NCBI RefSeq assembly: GCF_009914755.1
Contig: NC_060946.1
Strand: one strand, 5' to 3'
Origin: the human T2T-CHM13v2.0 reference genome, Homo sapiens
Length of the DNA stretch: 64,000 bases
Positions 19,760 through 35,952 of the stretch are shown piece after piece. The translations under genes were made by a program, and so were the position numbers. Below the pieces are notes generated by a model. The model ran no database searches. It had not been told where the DNA came from and was given only the letters and a program-made list of their open reading frames with translations. Each line of letters begins with the position of its first letter. Within the stretch, counting starts at the first letter, position 1.

Positions 19760-20240
19760 AAGCAGTAAGCTAGGGTGAGGACTCAGCATCTGGAGCCAGA
19801 TGGCCTGGGTTCGAATCCTGACTCTGCCACTAATCAGCTGTGTGATCCCAGGAGAGTTACTTCCCATCTGTGTCTCAGTTTCCTCATCTGTAAACTGGGG
19901 AAAATAATGTTACCTGACTCGGGAGCTGCTCTAAGGATTACCGCACATGTGCACAGACACGTCTATAAATCTATCCAGAGCAGAGCCTGGCAAATAGTAA
20001 GTGCTTCAAAGCGCTGTGTGAGTGTTGGCCAGGAGCACTGCTCCCCCTTGGTCCTGAGCTACTTCGTTTCATGTAATCTTCCCAATGATCTTAGAAGAGG
20101 TGCTGTTATCATCTCCATTATTCAGATGGGGAAACTGAGGCCCATCTAGATTCAGCAGTGTGCTCAAGGTCACCTATCTTGAAAATGGCAGCACCAAAAA
20201 TCGAATGTAGCTCTGATTGCCCGGAAGCCAGAATTCCTAA
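19760..20240. mobile_element. Two oppositely oriented MIRs
   Basis: ggttcgaatcctgactctgccact...ctcagtttcctcatctgtaaa, then cagatggggaaactgaggc. Confidence 0.7.
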
Positions 20241-21286
20241 TCACTGAGTAATGTTCAGATCATCCCTCTTGAGAGAGACATGCTGTGCCCTGCTCTCCCA
20301 GCCCAGGTGCAGAGGTCCAGAGACAGCAAGTACCAGACTCAATGCCACAAAGCTGTCTAGTGAAAGAACTCAGGTTTGGCTCCAAGGTTCACGGGCTTGC
20401 TTTCCACGGCACCACACCTGACCCTGGGTGATATCTCGGGCCAGCAGGGGTTGGGTGGGCCTTCTGGGAGGATGCCGAGGTTCAAGATGAGACAAGGTGA
20501 CCTTTCTGCCCTCTTGCAGCTCTGAGTGGGATGATTAGGTGAGATGATGAACGTGGAGGCCCTCCAGAGGATGGAAATTGGGCGCACACGTGAGACTGTT
20601 GTGCGGCTGCTCGTTATCAGCCGGGGCCAGAAAGCCCAGATTCCTGTTTGTGGGAGAACAGGAAGCACCCACACATCACCCGGATTATTTCTTCTCTTTC
20701 CCTCTCTCTGCCGCCTTGTCTCTCTCTCTCTCTCTCTTTGTCTGTGCTTCTGCCTCTCTCTCTCTGTCTCCTATCCTCCCTCTCTCTCTAGAAAAAGATT
20801 TGTTCCCCGCCACTCAGCAGCAGCACTCAACCAAAATGAGTAATTAATCCTCACAGCTCCTCTTTATCTGGCCCTCTCATATTTGGTTACTTTTGGCCCA
20901 AGAATATTGGAAGATATGCTACCCAGAGTAAATTACCTTATTTCACTGACTCTTTGCTTGGAAATATGTTACATTCTAAAGGTCATTTTATAAAAGGGAT
21001 TACTAGATCAAGGCAATGCCACGTCAGCTTGATTGCTGTATCAACGTAAGAAACCAGGGCAAAAATAGAGAATCTAGAGTTATTTACTCATCTATGTCAG
21101 GAAGCAGGCTATTCATCTTTTCTGGAATCGAGTAAAACTGCTCCCAAGGCATTTTAGACAGGAATCTTGATATAACGGGAGATAATAATAGGAAGATTCA
21201 CTGGCTTGAGGGTTTCTTAAAGAGAGATTCGATGAAGTGGAGGGGTCTGGAGATATTCGGCTGTCATCATGGAAAATAATATATCC

Positions 21287-21660
21287 CCTCTCTCTTTTTC
21301 TTTCTTCTTCCTTTCTCTCTTTCTTTCCTTCCTTCTTCCTCTCTTTCTTTTTTCTTTCCTTCTTTCTCTTTCTTTCCTTCCTTCCTTCTTTCTCTCCCTC
21401 TCCTTCCTTCCTTCTTTCTCCTTCCTTCCTTCCTTCCTCTTTCTTTTTTCCTTCCTTCCTTCTTTCTCTTTCTTTCCTTCCTTCTTCTTTCTCTCCCTCT
21501 CCTTCCTTCATTCTCATTCCTTCCTTCCTTCCTTCCTCTTTTCTTTCTCTTTCTTTCCCTTTCTTCCTCTTTCTCTCCCTCTCTTTCCTCTCTCTCCTCC
21601 TCTCTCCCTCTCCCTCTCCCTCGCTCTCTCTCTCTCTCTCTGTCCCCCTCTCTTTCTTTC
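21287..21660 (+). repeat. Long (TTCC/TTTC/CT)n polypyrimidine tract
   Basis: About 370 nt almost purely C/T. Confidence 0.95.
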
Positions 21661-22906
21661 TGGATCCAGCTTTTACTCTGTTCTAGGCCCTGGAAATACA
21701 AAGAAGATGGACACAGACACTGGTGGACAAGGGGGCACTTCCTGGCCTTCTGAAGCTTTGGGTCTGAGGGAGGACACAGGCAGGTAAGCAGGCAGCGAGG
21801 ATGGTGGGTGCAGAGTGCCGTGCTGGGAACAGTTTGCCGGGGGTTCGCGTGGATCCCTGAAAAGGCTCGTTCCAGCTTAGGAAATGTTAGCCTGACCAGG
21901 TGGAAAGCTCACCCCTGCTCGCCATCTGCTGAAGAAGGGTCACGTACATGCCACCTGGCTTTCTGCGGGGAGATAGCATCTGGAAGGCAGAGAAAGCTCC
22001 TCTGGGTGGGGAGAAGTTTCACTGGGCACCATCATGATTTATTCAGCAGCGTCAGACACCTGCACCCTGGGGCCAGCGCCGGCCTTGGTGGTTCTCCAGG
22101 ATTCGTTCTGGGTGCACACACCTGTCTCTTCCTACACCCGGGGAATGGGGGGTGGGGGACAGAGGCCAGTCCAGAGGCAGCAGCCTCTCCCACCCTTAGC
22201 CTGGGTAGGGGGAGGAAGCAGTCCTGGCCAGAGCCCCAGACTCACAGTGGATGTGGCCAGCTCACCTGGTGGCAAGAGGGAGCCAGAAACGTCCTTGGGG
22301 CCCTGAGTCCCAGTGCCAGGACTGTTCCCTGCAAGATTTCTCCTCCTAGGCTCACCACGAGATTCAGTATCCTGTGAAGCCTTCTCCTAATAACCCCAGG
22401 CAGAACTCACTGCTACCAGCACCTGGCAGGCTCCCTTTGTGTGGATTATGTGTGCACACACGTGCACGTGATGTGTTTACAAACTAGATGTGGGCCGTTT
22501 TGATACCTCCAAGCTAGGATTATGTTAACACTGTCTGAGTAATATAAATCATCACGGATTAAAAACAGCTTGCATTTGCATAACATGTCGTACTTCTCCA
22601 GATGCTGCTCACATCTTCATTTTCTGCATCGGTCTCACCAGGATCCTGAGAGGAGGAGAGGGCGGGTATTAGATGTCCCCAAGAAGTGAAAAAAGAAGTG
22701 TCACCGGCATTAATGACTGAGCAAGGAGGCGTCAAATCTCCTTGACCCCATGCTCACAGCACAGCTGGAGGAGACAGAGGTCTCGCCTTCACCGAGCTTA
22801 GCGGTATGACATGTTTCTCCAGGCCAGCCTTGCAGTTTTTAACACCACTGTTTAAATGATAATTTTGTTTAAAAATTTATTTTTATTTGGCTAAAGATTG
22901 AATAAG

Positions 22907-23238
<332 letters not shown>

Positions 23239-23508
23239 CTAGGAACACAGTAGCTGATTAGTGTAAAGATTAGTTACCTAATATTGATATTAGGCAAAGT
23301 TTTAATTTTTACCATGTACAGCAAAACCTAATGCTGTTTCCCTATTGTATTCTACTCTCTTTGGGAGTGTGGCCATGAAGACTGAGGCTGGCCATAGCCA
23401 GGACCCTCCCCAATAACCATGTCTTCTGTTTTCATTTTGAGCAGGTCCTAGGCTAAGCACTTTGCAGGCACGATCTCAATAAACAGAGGTAACAGATCGA
23501 CAAAGTGT

Positions 23509-23800
23509 GGCCAGGCACGGTGGCTCAAGCCTATAATCCCAGCACTTTGGGAGGGTGAGGCGGGTGGATCATCTGAGGTCAGGAGTTCGAGATCAGCCTG
23601 ACCAACATGGAGAAACCCCATCTCTACTAAAAATACAAAAAATTAGCCAGGCGTGGTGTCAGTCGCCTGTAATCCCAGCTACTCTGGAGGCTGAGGCAGG
23701 AGAATTGCTTGAACCCAGTTGGTGAGCTGAGATCGCACCACTTCACTCCATCCTGGTTGAAAAAGCGAGTCTCCATCTCAAAAAAAAAAAAAAAAAAAAG
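23509..23800 (+). mobile_element. Alu with a small right-arm deletion
   Basis: Alu consensus; gaacccagttggtgagc lacks the gaggcggagg segment. Confidence 0.9.
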
Positions 23801-24609
23801 ACAAAATCAGTTTTATTCCCATTGTGCAGATGAGGAAACTGAGGTTCAGCAAGGCTCAGTGATTTACTTACAGTTACAGGTAGGAGTGGTGGTGCAAAGG
23901 TCCACACCCAGACTGTCCCCAGCTCCTGGGGGAGTAACCACTAGGTTTTGCTGCCTCCCTCTTCTCCAGCTCCTCTGCCACAGTGGGGCTCCTGTTCCAC
24001 TGCCAGGACCCCAGGTAGGAGCAGGGAAGTCGTGGGGCAGGAGAGTCAGCCCTGGATTGCAGCAGCGGCCACCAAAGGCAGGGCCACTGGGCGATGAGCC
24101 TGCATTAGGCTTTTCATCCCTGCTGCTCCCTCCAGCTCCTCGTTACTGTCCTTAATTATGAAATAACAGCGGTTCCCAGGCAGAGGGAGGGCGGGAGGGT
24201 GGCAGAGCGAGCATCCAGATGGCCCTCCTGGCAAGCGTGGGCCTCGCCTGGTCTTTATGTAAGAGTCGCTCTGCTTTCCAGATTGCCTTCGAGTCAGATG
24301 TTTAAACACTTGTTTTGTGTTTATGATACAGAGGAAGAAATTAAAAGGCCCCCAGGGGAAAACGAGGAAGGGAAAAACCAGGAGTGATTCTGGGGGGTTG
24401 TCAGGCCAGATGGAGAGAGAAATCGAGTCTGGGACTGGTGTTCAGATGACCATGAGCAGGTGGCTTCTCTGCCCTTAGGTGGTGAGATCCAGGAGTGCAT
24501 GACAGAGGGAAGTGGGTGAGCTCCTTCAGGAAACAAAACTGGAACTGCCAGCGACTGAGGGCCTGCTGTGTCCTCAGCACTGTGCTCTAGCACACCTTAT
24601 ATGCCCTCT

Positions 24610-24950
<341 letters not shown>

Positions 24951-26304
24951 ATGTACCCTCTCTCAATCTCTCAGCAGCCCTGTTTTACAGATGGAGAAAT
25001 CAAGGCTTTGCGGGGGGATTTGGTGACTTGGCCAAAGTCAGATTGCCTGACGTGCAGAGTTGGCCTGGGACTGCTGGAAGTTTTTCCCGCCTGGAACATT
25101 CTTCCTGCATCCAACTCCCCCTCCTGCAGAAAATCTCCCCCAGCAAGCCAGCCCAGCTGCGTGCGCTGCTGCCCCCTAAATTTCCTGTGATTGTGACTTC
25201 TGAACTGGATGTCTTACTGCATCTGACCTTCGGTAGCTCGAGAACTGTTCATAGGCCCCTGGAGTCCGCACTGGAAAAGGCCTCCGTAGTCAACGCTCCA
25301 AGCCTCCATTGGCTTTTTAGATTCCCTGAAAGGCATCCCAGCTGTGCTGAACACTGACACCAAAAGGGAATCAGTCAATCACTGCTCCTTTGAACGGAGT
25401 TTGTGGCTTGACACTTCTTCACTGCAGAATCTCTTAATGGACGGAACCAAGTCTTCACTTCTCTCTTTCATATCCTGTAGCGGGTAGTGCAGTGCTGGGC
25501 CCACTAAGAGATGGCAGAAGCACAGCATAAGTTAGTTGCAAGAGCATAGAATCACCATCTCTTTTGACAGGTGAGGAAATTAAGGCCTAGATTGCTGGGG
25601 GCTTGCCTACAGTCACACAGTGAGTGGTGGACAGAGCTGGAACAAGGACTCAGACCCCTTCCTAGCCCAGAGCTCTACCCACTCTTTGCTGGCCTTGGGT
25701 CTTGCTCCTCCCAGCAGATTTGGGTGTTCCCTCCACAGTGCTCCCCAAGGGCCTTGCACAGACCACTGTGAAAGCATGTACCAGAATCTGTTGTCACAAA
25801 ATACGCAGGGTTTTGGAGACCAGGGACCTCGTGTCATGTCTCCGGACCTACAGCTTCTTCTGTAAGCCTGGCCCACAGAAGGCACCAGGAAATGTTGGAA
25901 AAAGGCAGGAGAAGAGGGAGGGGGGCAGAGGAAAGAGGGATGGAGGAGCAGCAGGGGATGGCAGGGGCCTCCACTGTGAGGGGGGTCCCCCAAGACAGCC
26001 TGTCATTACAGCCGAGTCAGAAGGAACTGTGACCTGGTTGACTGTGAGCAGGAGGTGTCTGAATACGGTTTTGTAACAATCATGGTAATATAGAGTTCAC
26101 AAATACACTCTGCTTTATCCGATTCCCAATGCTTGTTGCATTTGGTTTGCACAACACAGGAGGCATGGGGCTTGTATTATGTTGATTTTGCAGGTGAGGA
26201 GACTGAAGCTCAGTAAGGTCCCGCTGTTAATTAAAGACAGAGCTTGAACTATTGAACCCACACCTACCAGTTTGTAGCCAGAATCGTTTCTGCCATGACA
26301 TATT

Positions 26305-27160
<856 letters not shown>

Positions 27161-27270
27161 GCACCTATTATGTGCCAGAACCTACTCTGGATTCTGAGAA
27201 TACGCACATGATTACGTTGATCTCCTGCCTCTAAGATGCTCATAGCAGACAGACAAAAATGGGTCACCAG

Positions 27271-27627
<357 letters not shown>

Positions 27628-27674
27628 TCAGCATGTGGGCTGAGGTAGGCCCCCAATAAGATGGCTCCTTTAGC

Positions 27675-28135
27675 TGTTGTGTGGCAGAGCCTACTGGATG
27701 ACCGCTAGTATAAATTCTACTCTATTTCCTTAATAACAGAACCCTAAATTTAGCTGGGTGTGAGGTCACTTAGAGTAAAGGCCACATTTCCCAGCTTCCT
27801 TTGCAGTCCAGTGTGGCTATGTGACTCAGTTCTGGCCAATTTCCAGGAAGTATCCTTAGAGAAAAAGGGTGTCCCCTCTGCTGCCCTTTCCTCTGCTCAC
27901 TGGATTGAGAAGTGATGGGTGGACTTAAGCAGCCATCTTGGGCCGTGAGGATGAGGCCACACCCCCAGAATTCTGGCACACAAAGCTAGAAGCAGCCTGG
28001 GTCTCTGACCCTGTGAAGCACAAGTCATCTCACCTTCAGAATTCATTTAGCTGAGTGAGAAATTTACCTGAGCGAAAAGTAAATTGGTTTAATCTACTTT
28101 TATTTGGGGTTTTCTGTGGCTTGCAGTTGACTAAT
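27675..28135 (+). mobile_element. MLT1 LTR
   Basis: catttcccagcttcctttgcag, gtgactcagttctggccaat and gcagccatcttg motifs. Confidence 0.65.
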
Positions 28136-29133
28136 CCTAATCCTTATTGATGCAGCCTTAGAAGGAGCGGAGAAAGTGGCTAGGAGACTTGTTTTGGTTC
28201 TCAGAGAGTGAGATGGCCCCACCATTCGGCAGAGAGGCAGAAGTTGTGGTTGAAGTGTATCTGGATCTAGGCAGGGCCTGTTGACCTTTCAAGTTTTATA
28301 AATCATTAATGGTAGCACTCATTTGATCTCCATTCATTCATTTACCTTTTCATTTATTTCTTCAGTTGTCCCACCATTCACTCATGAGGTTTATCTACCC
28401 ATCCATTCATCCATCAAAACATTCCATGAGGCAGGTATTCATGGGGCTGGGGTGTGAGTTTGAGCCAGGCAGGGAACAGTTTGCAAATGAAGCTCAGCTG
28501 GGAGACTGGGAGCAGGGTCTTTGGAACTGGAGTGCCCTATCTGAGGCCTGGCAGTGCTTGCTCTCTCATCAGGCTTCTGCCTCTACTGGAGGCACATCTG
28601 TGGCGTGGTCAAATTCAGGATTACAGGAGTGTGCCAGTCCCAGGGAGGGCCAGAGAGCCCTCCAGGTTCCTTGGGGACTCCCAGAGCAGGTGTCCTCCCA
28701 CCCCATGCCCTGCAAGAGAGCAGGCAGTAAACCTTTTAGCTCAACTGCACCTTCATTGTGTCATGAATGGTGGTTGATATCAGCAAGAGAATGATTCATG
28801 TGTCTTGTAGTTTCTGGAAGATCTAGAAGGCGTAAAGTCCCTGCTTAGGACACATGCTAAGAATATGCTGGAAGGGAGTCAGAAACTCATGGGCCTTGTA
28901 CGTTTTCTCCAAAATTGAGCCAGGATCCTGGGGGAGGAGTGGGATTAACAAAGATCACAGGACTTACTGGGGTGGAACGAGGCTGAGACAGCAGAGACAA
29001 GGCATATTTGATAGAAAACAAAAAGTGGATGAAAAAATGACTCCCTGGATGTCTGTGGTTCACCCAGAATAAGCCAGTTTTTTCCTGGAACTTCATGAAC
29101 CTGTACTTTCGCAGATGTTTTGGTCAAAACTGA

Positions 29134-30250
<1,117 letters not shown>

Positions 30251-32179
30251 ACTTCCGTCGGAAGTTGATGGGATCATGGAGCCTAGAAAAAAAGTAAGAT
30301 GTGAATGACACAGGTTTGACCTACGCACAACTTCATGGACACACACTTGGTGCCTAGAGTGAGACTCATCATACATCAGCTTAGGGCTTAAGCCAGTGTT
30401 TGCTGCGGCTGACTCTGCCTCTCTTCTACTATGCTGCTTTCCTCTTCATCAAACAACTCCATCAACTGGAGACCACTAAAAGGAAAGAGAAATACACCAA
30501 GGCCACAGTCATTAGCATCCTGGAACATTGGATTCTATTTCTGGCAGATCAGAGGTAGTTGGCAAACCTCTGCCCCCGTCTCCCCAGCTCAGCACTCTGA
30601 GGTAATGAGCCCACTGTATTATGTGGCATTAGCAGAAATGCTGGATGCTGATCAAGAGAGGAAATAGACTCCCGTCCTCCATCATCAGCAGCCTGCACCT
30701 GGGGCTTGGGGTTCAGCTGTGGCCTCAGGGGAAGGCAGCTCCCATTTATTGAGGGCCTACTGTGTGCCAAGTGCTGTGCTAGGTGCATCTGGTCCCTGCT
30801 TTTTTCTCAAGCCTCATCTTGCATTCTATTCCCTCTCTCTGATTTCCAACCAATCTGGGTCTATTTTAGTGTTTTCAAACACGCTGCTCTTTCTCTTCCA
30901 GGTCTTTGTATGTACTGTCCCCATTGCTTGATGCACTCTCCCTGTCTCTTAGTCAGGTTAACTCAAATGCATCCCTCAGACCTTAGGTTCTCTGCTTTCT
31001 CTGCTGGACTGAAAGTTTCTCTGGGGTAGTGCCACACCCCCCGAAGTACTGCTTGGTTCCCGGCCCAGTGTTCTGTAAGTATTTGTTGAATGACTGAATG
31101 ATGGAATGAATGACTCCTCACAACAGCCCGTTTTGAAAGATGGAGCAATTGAGGCTCAGAGAGAACTAGCTTGTCCAAGGCCAAGATAAGGTGAGAGGCA
31201 GAGTCAGGATTTGAACCTGGGTCTGTGTGGTGGCCAAGCTTGTGTCCTTTCGACTACACCTGGCACTCAGGGGTAAATGAAGGAGTGGACGATGGTGATG
31301 GGGAGCGGGATAAGGTGTCCGAGAAAGAGGCAAGGGCAAAGGCACCTCTGTCCCATTGCTTCCAGGTAGTAACACCAGAAATGGAGGTGGAACCTGGGGC
31401 TGAGCTACCAAGTCACACAGAGTTCGGCTAAGCCTCTGGGAGCCTGGTCTCCCAGTGTCTCTTAGACTGAGGACTTACAGGTGCCTGCTCTGTAGACAAC
31501 AGGTGTCAGGCCAGCAGCTCAGCTGCTGCCAGAATCCGGAGGGTCGTGCTAATTCCCAGGTTCTTAGGTGCCCTCCAGTTAAAGGGACCCACAGAAGATT
31601 CCAGGTCAGAAACAGGAGGTGTTAGCACCAGGGAGCTGCATGGGAGGTGGTTCCTGTAGCAGAGAGAGCACTGACTCCAGAGTCCAAAAAACAGACTAAG
31701 AATCCCAGCTCCATCAATTATTGCTGACTGACTTTGCCCAGTTACTTCACCTGTCTGAGCCTCAGTCTCCTTGTCTGGAAAATGGGGATAATAAGACACT
31801 CCTCATATGGTTGCTCAGAAAGCCAAATGAGTTAACTTTGTAGCAGACTGAGAACAGGGCCTGCCTCTCCAGCTGGAGCCTGGCATAAGGAGAGCAGTTG
31901 GTAAATGTTAGGCTAGAAGGCCTATTGTTCCTCCATTGCCATGGAACCTTTGCTGCTTCAGCTTCTCTCCCACATAATAGTTTGCTCTGCGTGTTTCCCA
32001 GGGCTGTTGGAAGGATCAAATGTGATAGAGGATGGAGGAGACACCTGTCAAATCCTGTCTGAAGGGAGAAAGCTGAAGGAAGTTGTGTTGCCTTTGTGTC
32101 TCCATTTGGACCACACTGGGCCCAGGCCAAGGGACTCAATAAACACCTAAAAAGGAGCAAAAGGTCCATAGGCTTGAGA

Positions 32180-32920
32180 GATGATGATGATGACAACAAT
32201 GATGGTGGCTATGATGATGACGCTGACGGTGATGGTGATGATGGTGGTGATGATGGTAATAATGATAGTGATGATGGTGGTGATGGTGATGATGATGATG
32301 GTGGTGATGGTGGTAAGGGTGGTGATGATAATGGTGATAATGATGATGATGGTGATGATGGGAATGATGGTGATGATGGTGATGATGACAGTGATGATGA
32401 TGATGGTGATGATGGGGATGATGATGACAGTGATGATTGTTATGATGGTGATGATGATGCTGATGACAGTGATGATGATGATAGTGATGATGTGATGGTG
32501 GTGATGATGGTGGTGATGATGGTGAAGATAGTGATGATGATGACAGTGATGATGATGATGGTGATGATGGGGATGATGATGACAGTGATGATGGTGATGA
32601 TGGTGATGGTGATGATGATGATAGTGATGATGGGGAAGATGATGACAGTGATGGTGGTGATGATGACGATAGCGATGATGGGGATGATGACAGTGATGAT
32701 TGTGATGATGGTGATGATGATGATGGTGATGATGGGGATGATGATCACAGTGATGATGGTGATGGTGATGATGATGATGGTGATGACGGGGATGATGATG
32801 AGAGTGATGATGGTGATGATGGTGATGATGATGGTGATGATGACGGTGATGATTATGGTGATGAAGGCAATGGTGATGATGAGGATGATGGTGATAGTGA
32901 TGGTAATGATGGTGATGATG
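32180..32920 (+). repeat. ~740-bp (GAT/GGT)n degenerate trinucleotide tandem repeat
   Basis: Read directly from the sequence; nearly C-free on the + strand. Confidence 0.97.
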
Positions 32921-34012
32921 ACATTAGAAAGAGGGATGCAGTCCAAGCCTTAAGAAGACAACAGGGCATCATAAAAAAAGATCAAAGGATAGTTGTTCAA
33001 ACACCCAGATATCTTTAAGTCCAGGCTCTGCCTCTAACTAGTCAAGTGACTTTGGGCAAGTTGTGGAATATCTCTGAGTGTCAGTTCTGCCACCTGTAAA
33101 ACCGAAACAAGAACCCTGCCCTGCATGCTTCACAGGTAGCCTCCATGGGGATCACAAGCATTTTCATACACACAGGCAGCTGTGGTTACTGCTGCTGTAT
33201 CCGAGAGCAGATCCTAGCCCAGGCAGCTGTTGCTATCAGTCAGACTTAGTTCAAGCTCTGTTATTTCCTTGCTCAGGTGTTGTCAGCCTCAGTTTTCTCA
33301 TCTACAAATGACTCTAATAATGCTTCTCCACGTAGGGTTGTGGTCTGGCTAAAATGGGTCCATGTAATTACAGGGATCCACCCAGTGCCTGCAAAGAGTG
33401 GGGGCTCCATAAATGGTCTTCATTGTGATTGCAAGCCTCTGGTCCACTCCAGCTCTTTCTCTCCTGGCTGCCCACTCAGCTTGGCCCAACCTGGTTGATC
33501 ACAGTCATCATAGTTCCCTGCAAAAATATTCTGTGGTGCATTCTCAAGGACTAGATGAGGTCACAAAGGGCTGCCCTGTATGGTTGTGTAGGTTGCTTAC
33601 TGTGCAAGGGCACTCAGCTGAGGAAATAGCTTGTGCCTTTCCTTTCAAAACTGAGAGCTTTCCCTCAAAGCTGAGAGCTTTAAAGACGGCTGCCTCTGCC
33701 TGGGAAAGGAACCTTTCTTTTATTTGCATAAAAACAACACATGGGCTGGAAGGCACCTGAATCACCCGTGGTGGGATTAAACCAGCTTGGAAATGTAGAC
33801 TCGGATGGGTCTCAGAGAGCACCCAACATTCTTGTTGGACAGAGGAAGAAACTGACCACTATTTATTCATTCATCCAACTTTTACTGCCCACTGATTGAC
33901 AAGTACCACCTCTCCTCTCAAGAGGGCGAGGACCCCATGACAGATTATTACATGCTTTTCAAACCTATTTGGATATTGATTCTGGACATCAAGAGTTTAT
34001 ATAGGAAGCTCT

Positions 34013-34318
34013 GGCCAGATGCAGTGGCTCACACCTGTAATTTCAACACATTGGGAGGCAGAGGCAGGAAGCTCGCTTGAGCCCAGGAGTTTGAGACCAG
34101 CCTGGGCAACATAGCAAGACCCTGTCTCTACAAAAAATTTAAAAATTAGCCGGGTGTGATGGTGCATGCCTGTAATCCTAGGTATTTAGGAGCCTGAGGT
34201 GGGAGGATCGCTTGAGCCCAGCAGGTTGAGGCTGTAGTGAGCCATGATCACAACACTGCACTCCAGTGTGAACTACAGAGCAAGACCCTGTCTCCAAAAA
34301 AAAAAGAAAAAAAAAAGA
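34013..34318 (+). mobile_element. AluJ
   Basis: AluJ consensus with degenerate TSD aagagttta.atag.aag. Confidence 0.9.
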
Positions 34319-35217
34319 GTTTACATAGCAAGTTCAGAGAGTAAAAGATGATGCATTATCCAAATCTATTGGAACCCCAAGTTTCAGATATGAGTAGCAA
34401 GAGTTCAGACAGTGAGGGTTGAATCCAAAAGCAAAAGATTTCTGTAAGGCAGCTCCATGGAGCACAGAAGAGAGAGCAACCAAGACTTCCCAGAGGCAGT
34501 GATGCTTGATTCCAGAAGGAAAGCTAGGAGCCTGCTGGCAATCCAGAGATGAGCAGCCCCTCAGGCACAGGCTCCAGCATGTGCAAAGACCTAGGGTACA
34601 GAGAGCCTGGCAAGCTCAGGGAACTACAAGTCAGTGTCTTTGGCTGGAGCATAAAGGAGGGGAGGAAGAATGCCGGGCAATGAGGGTCAGAGACGTTAAG
34701 TGGCCCATTCAAGGGTCACACAGCAAACTTCTGTTTAGTTGGGATTAGAACCCAGGCTCCTGACTGAATTGGGGCTTGCTTGGATCATCGGGCTCAGTGG
34801 GTGGGGGGAGGGGCAGCAAGAGGCAGAAATGGTCAGATGCACCGGGGGCAGGGTGTGGCTGGTTCAGCTGTGCTCCTGTTGATCTTTGGCCTGGTGGGGC
34901 ACCCCTCCTCCCATGTCATTGCCAGTCTGCCTTCAGGGATGTTTGGTGAGGCCTTGAATGCCAGATGAGGTGCCAGCCTGTTCCGGCTATCTGCCCTCTG
35001 TACTGACTGGCACCTGACCCAGTGCCCCAGTCCAGCTGAGCTTATGCAGCTGGTGACCCATTGACCTCTGATGAAGTTCAAGGCTGGCACAGATGCCCAG
35101 GCCTGCCAAGGCAAGAGACTCAGTTAGAGGCTGTGTAGTCTGGGATGGTGCATTCAGCAGGAAAGAATGAGCCTGTCATGAGCATGTGTTGAACTTGGTC
35201 AAGCCACAAACCGTCTC

Positions 35218-35515
35218 TTTTTTTTTTTTTTTTTGAGACAGAGTCTCACTCTGTCGCCCAGGCTAGAGGGCAGTGGCGCAATCTTGGCTCACTGCAAGCT
35301 CCGCCTCCAGGGTTCATGCCATTCTGCTGCCTCAGCCTCCCGAGTAGCTGGGACTACAGGCGCCTGCCATTATGCCCAGCTAATTTTTTCTATTTTTAGT
35401 AGAGACAGGGTTTCACCCCGTTAGCCAGGGTGGTCTCGATCTCATGACCTTGCGATCTGCCTGCCTCGGCCTCCCAAAGTGCTGGGATTACAGGCGTGAG
35501 CCACCATGCCCAGCC
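35218..35515 (-). mobile_element. AluY-like
   Basis: ctgcaagctccgcctc, gccattct and gtctcgatct diagnostics. Confidence 0.88.
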
Positions 35516-35589
35516 CCATCTCTTTGTCTACAAAACAGGAAGGCTGGGCCACATGACCTCTATGGTATCGCCAACTTCAATCTTCTGGC

Positions 35590-35952
35590 CAGTGCTTCTC
35601 AAACTTTGGCTTGCATCAGAATCACCAGGAGGGCTGGTTAAAACCAGGTGGCCTGGCCTCACTCCCAAAGCTTCAGGTTCACCGGCTTAGAGTGAGGCCT
35701 GAGATTCTGCATTTCCAACAAGTCCCAGATGATGCTGATGCTGCTGGTCCAGGGACCACACTTTGAGAATTACTGCTCTAGCAACCCTGGGTGCACATTA
35801 GAATTACTTAGGGGAGCTTTAAACCGTATGGTGATGAAACCCAACTCCAGAGCAATTAAATCAGCATCTCTGAGTGGGGAGCCTGGGTTTTGGTATCTTT
35901 TAAAAGCTCCCCTAGGTGATTCTAATGCGCCGCCAGCATTAGGAACTGCTGT
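35590..35952. mobile_element. MER5A (35590-35775) abutting MER5B (35780-35952)
   Basis: Terminal inverted repeats cagtgcttctcaaa...tttgagaattactg, and the internal palindromic MER5B body. Confidence 0.8.

Noticed and set aside
32096-32953. 285-aa D/G-rich then M/V-rich ORF, and overlapping poly-M and poly-I ORFs
   Set aside because: GTG start, and entirely a product of the (GAT)n repeat, including a register slip. No domain or splice evidence.
35796-35928. Long hairpin as a candidate pre-miRNA
   Set aside because: Explained by the intrinsic palindromic structure of MER5B.
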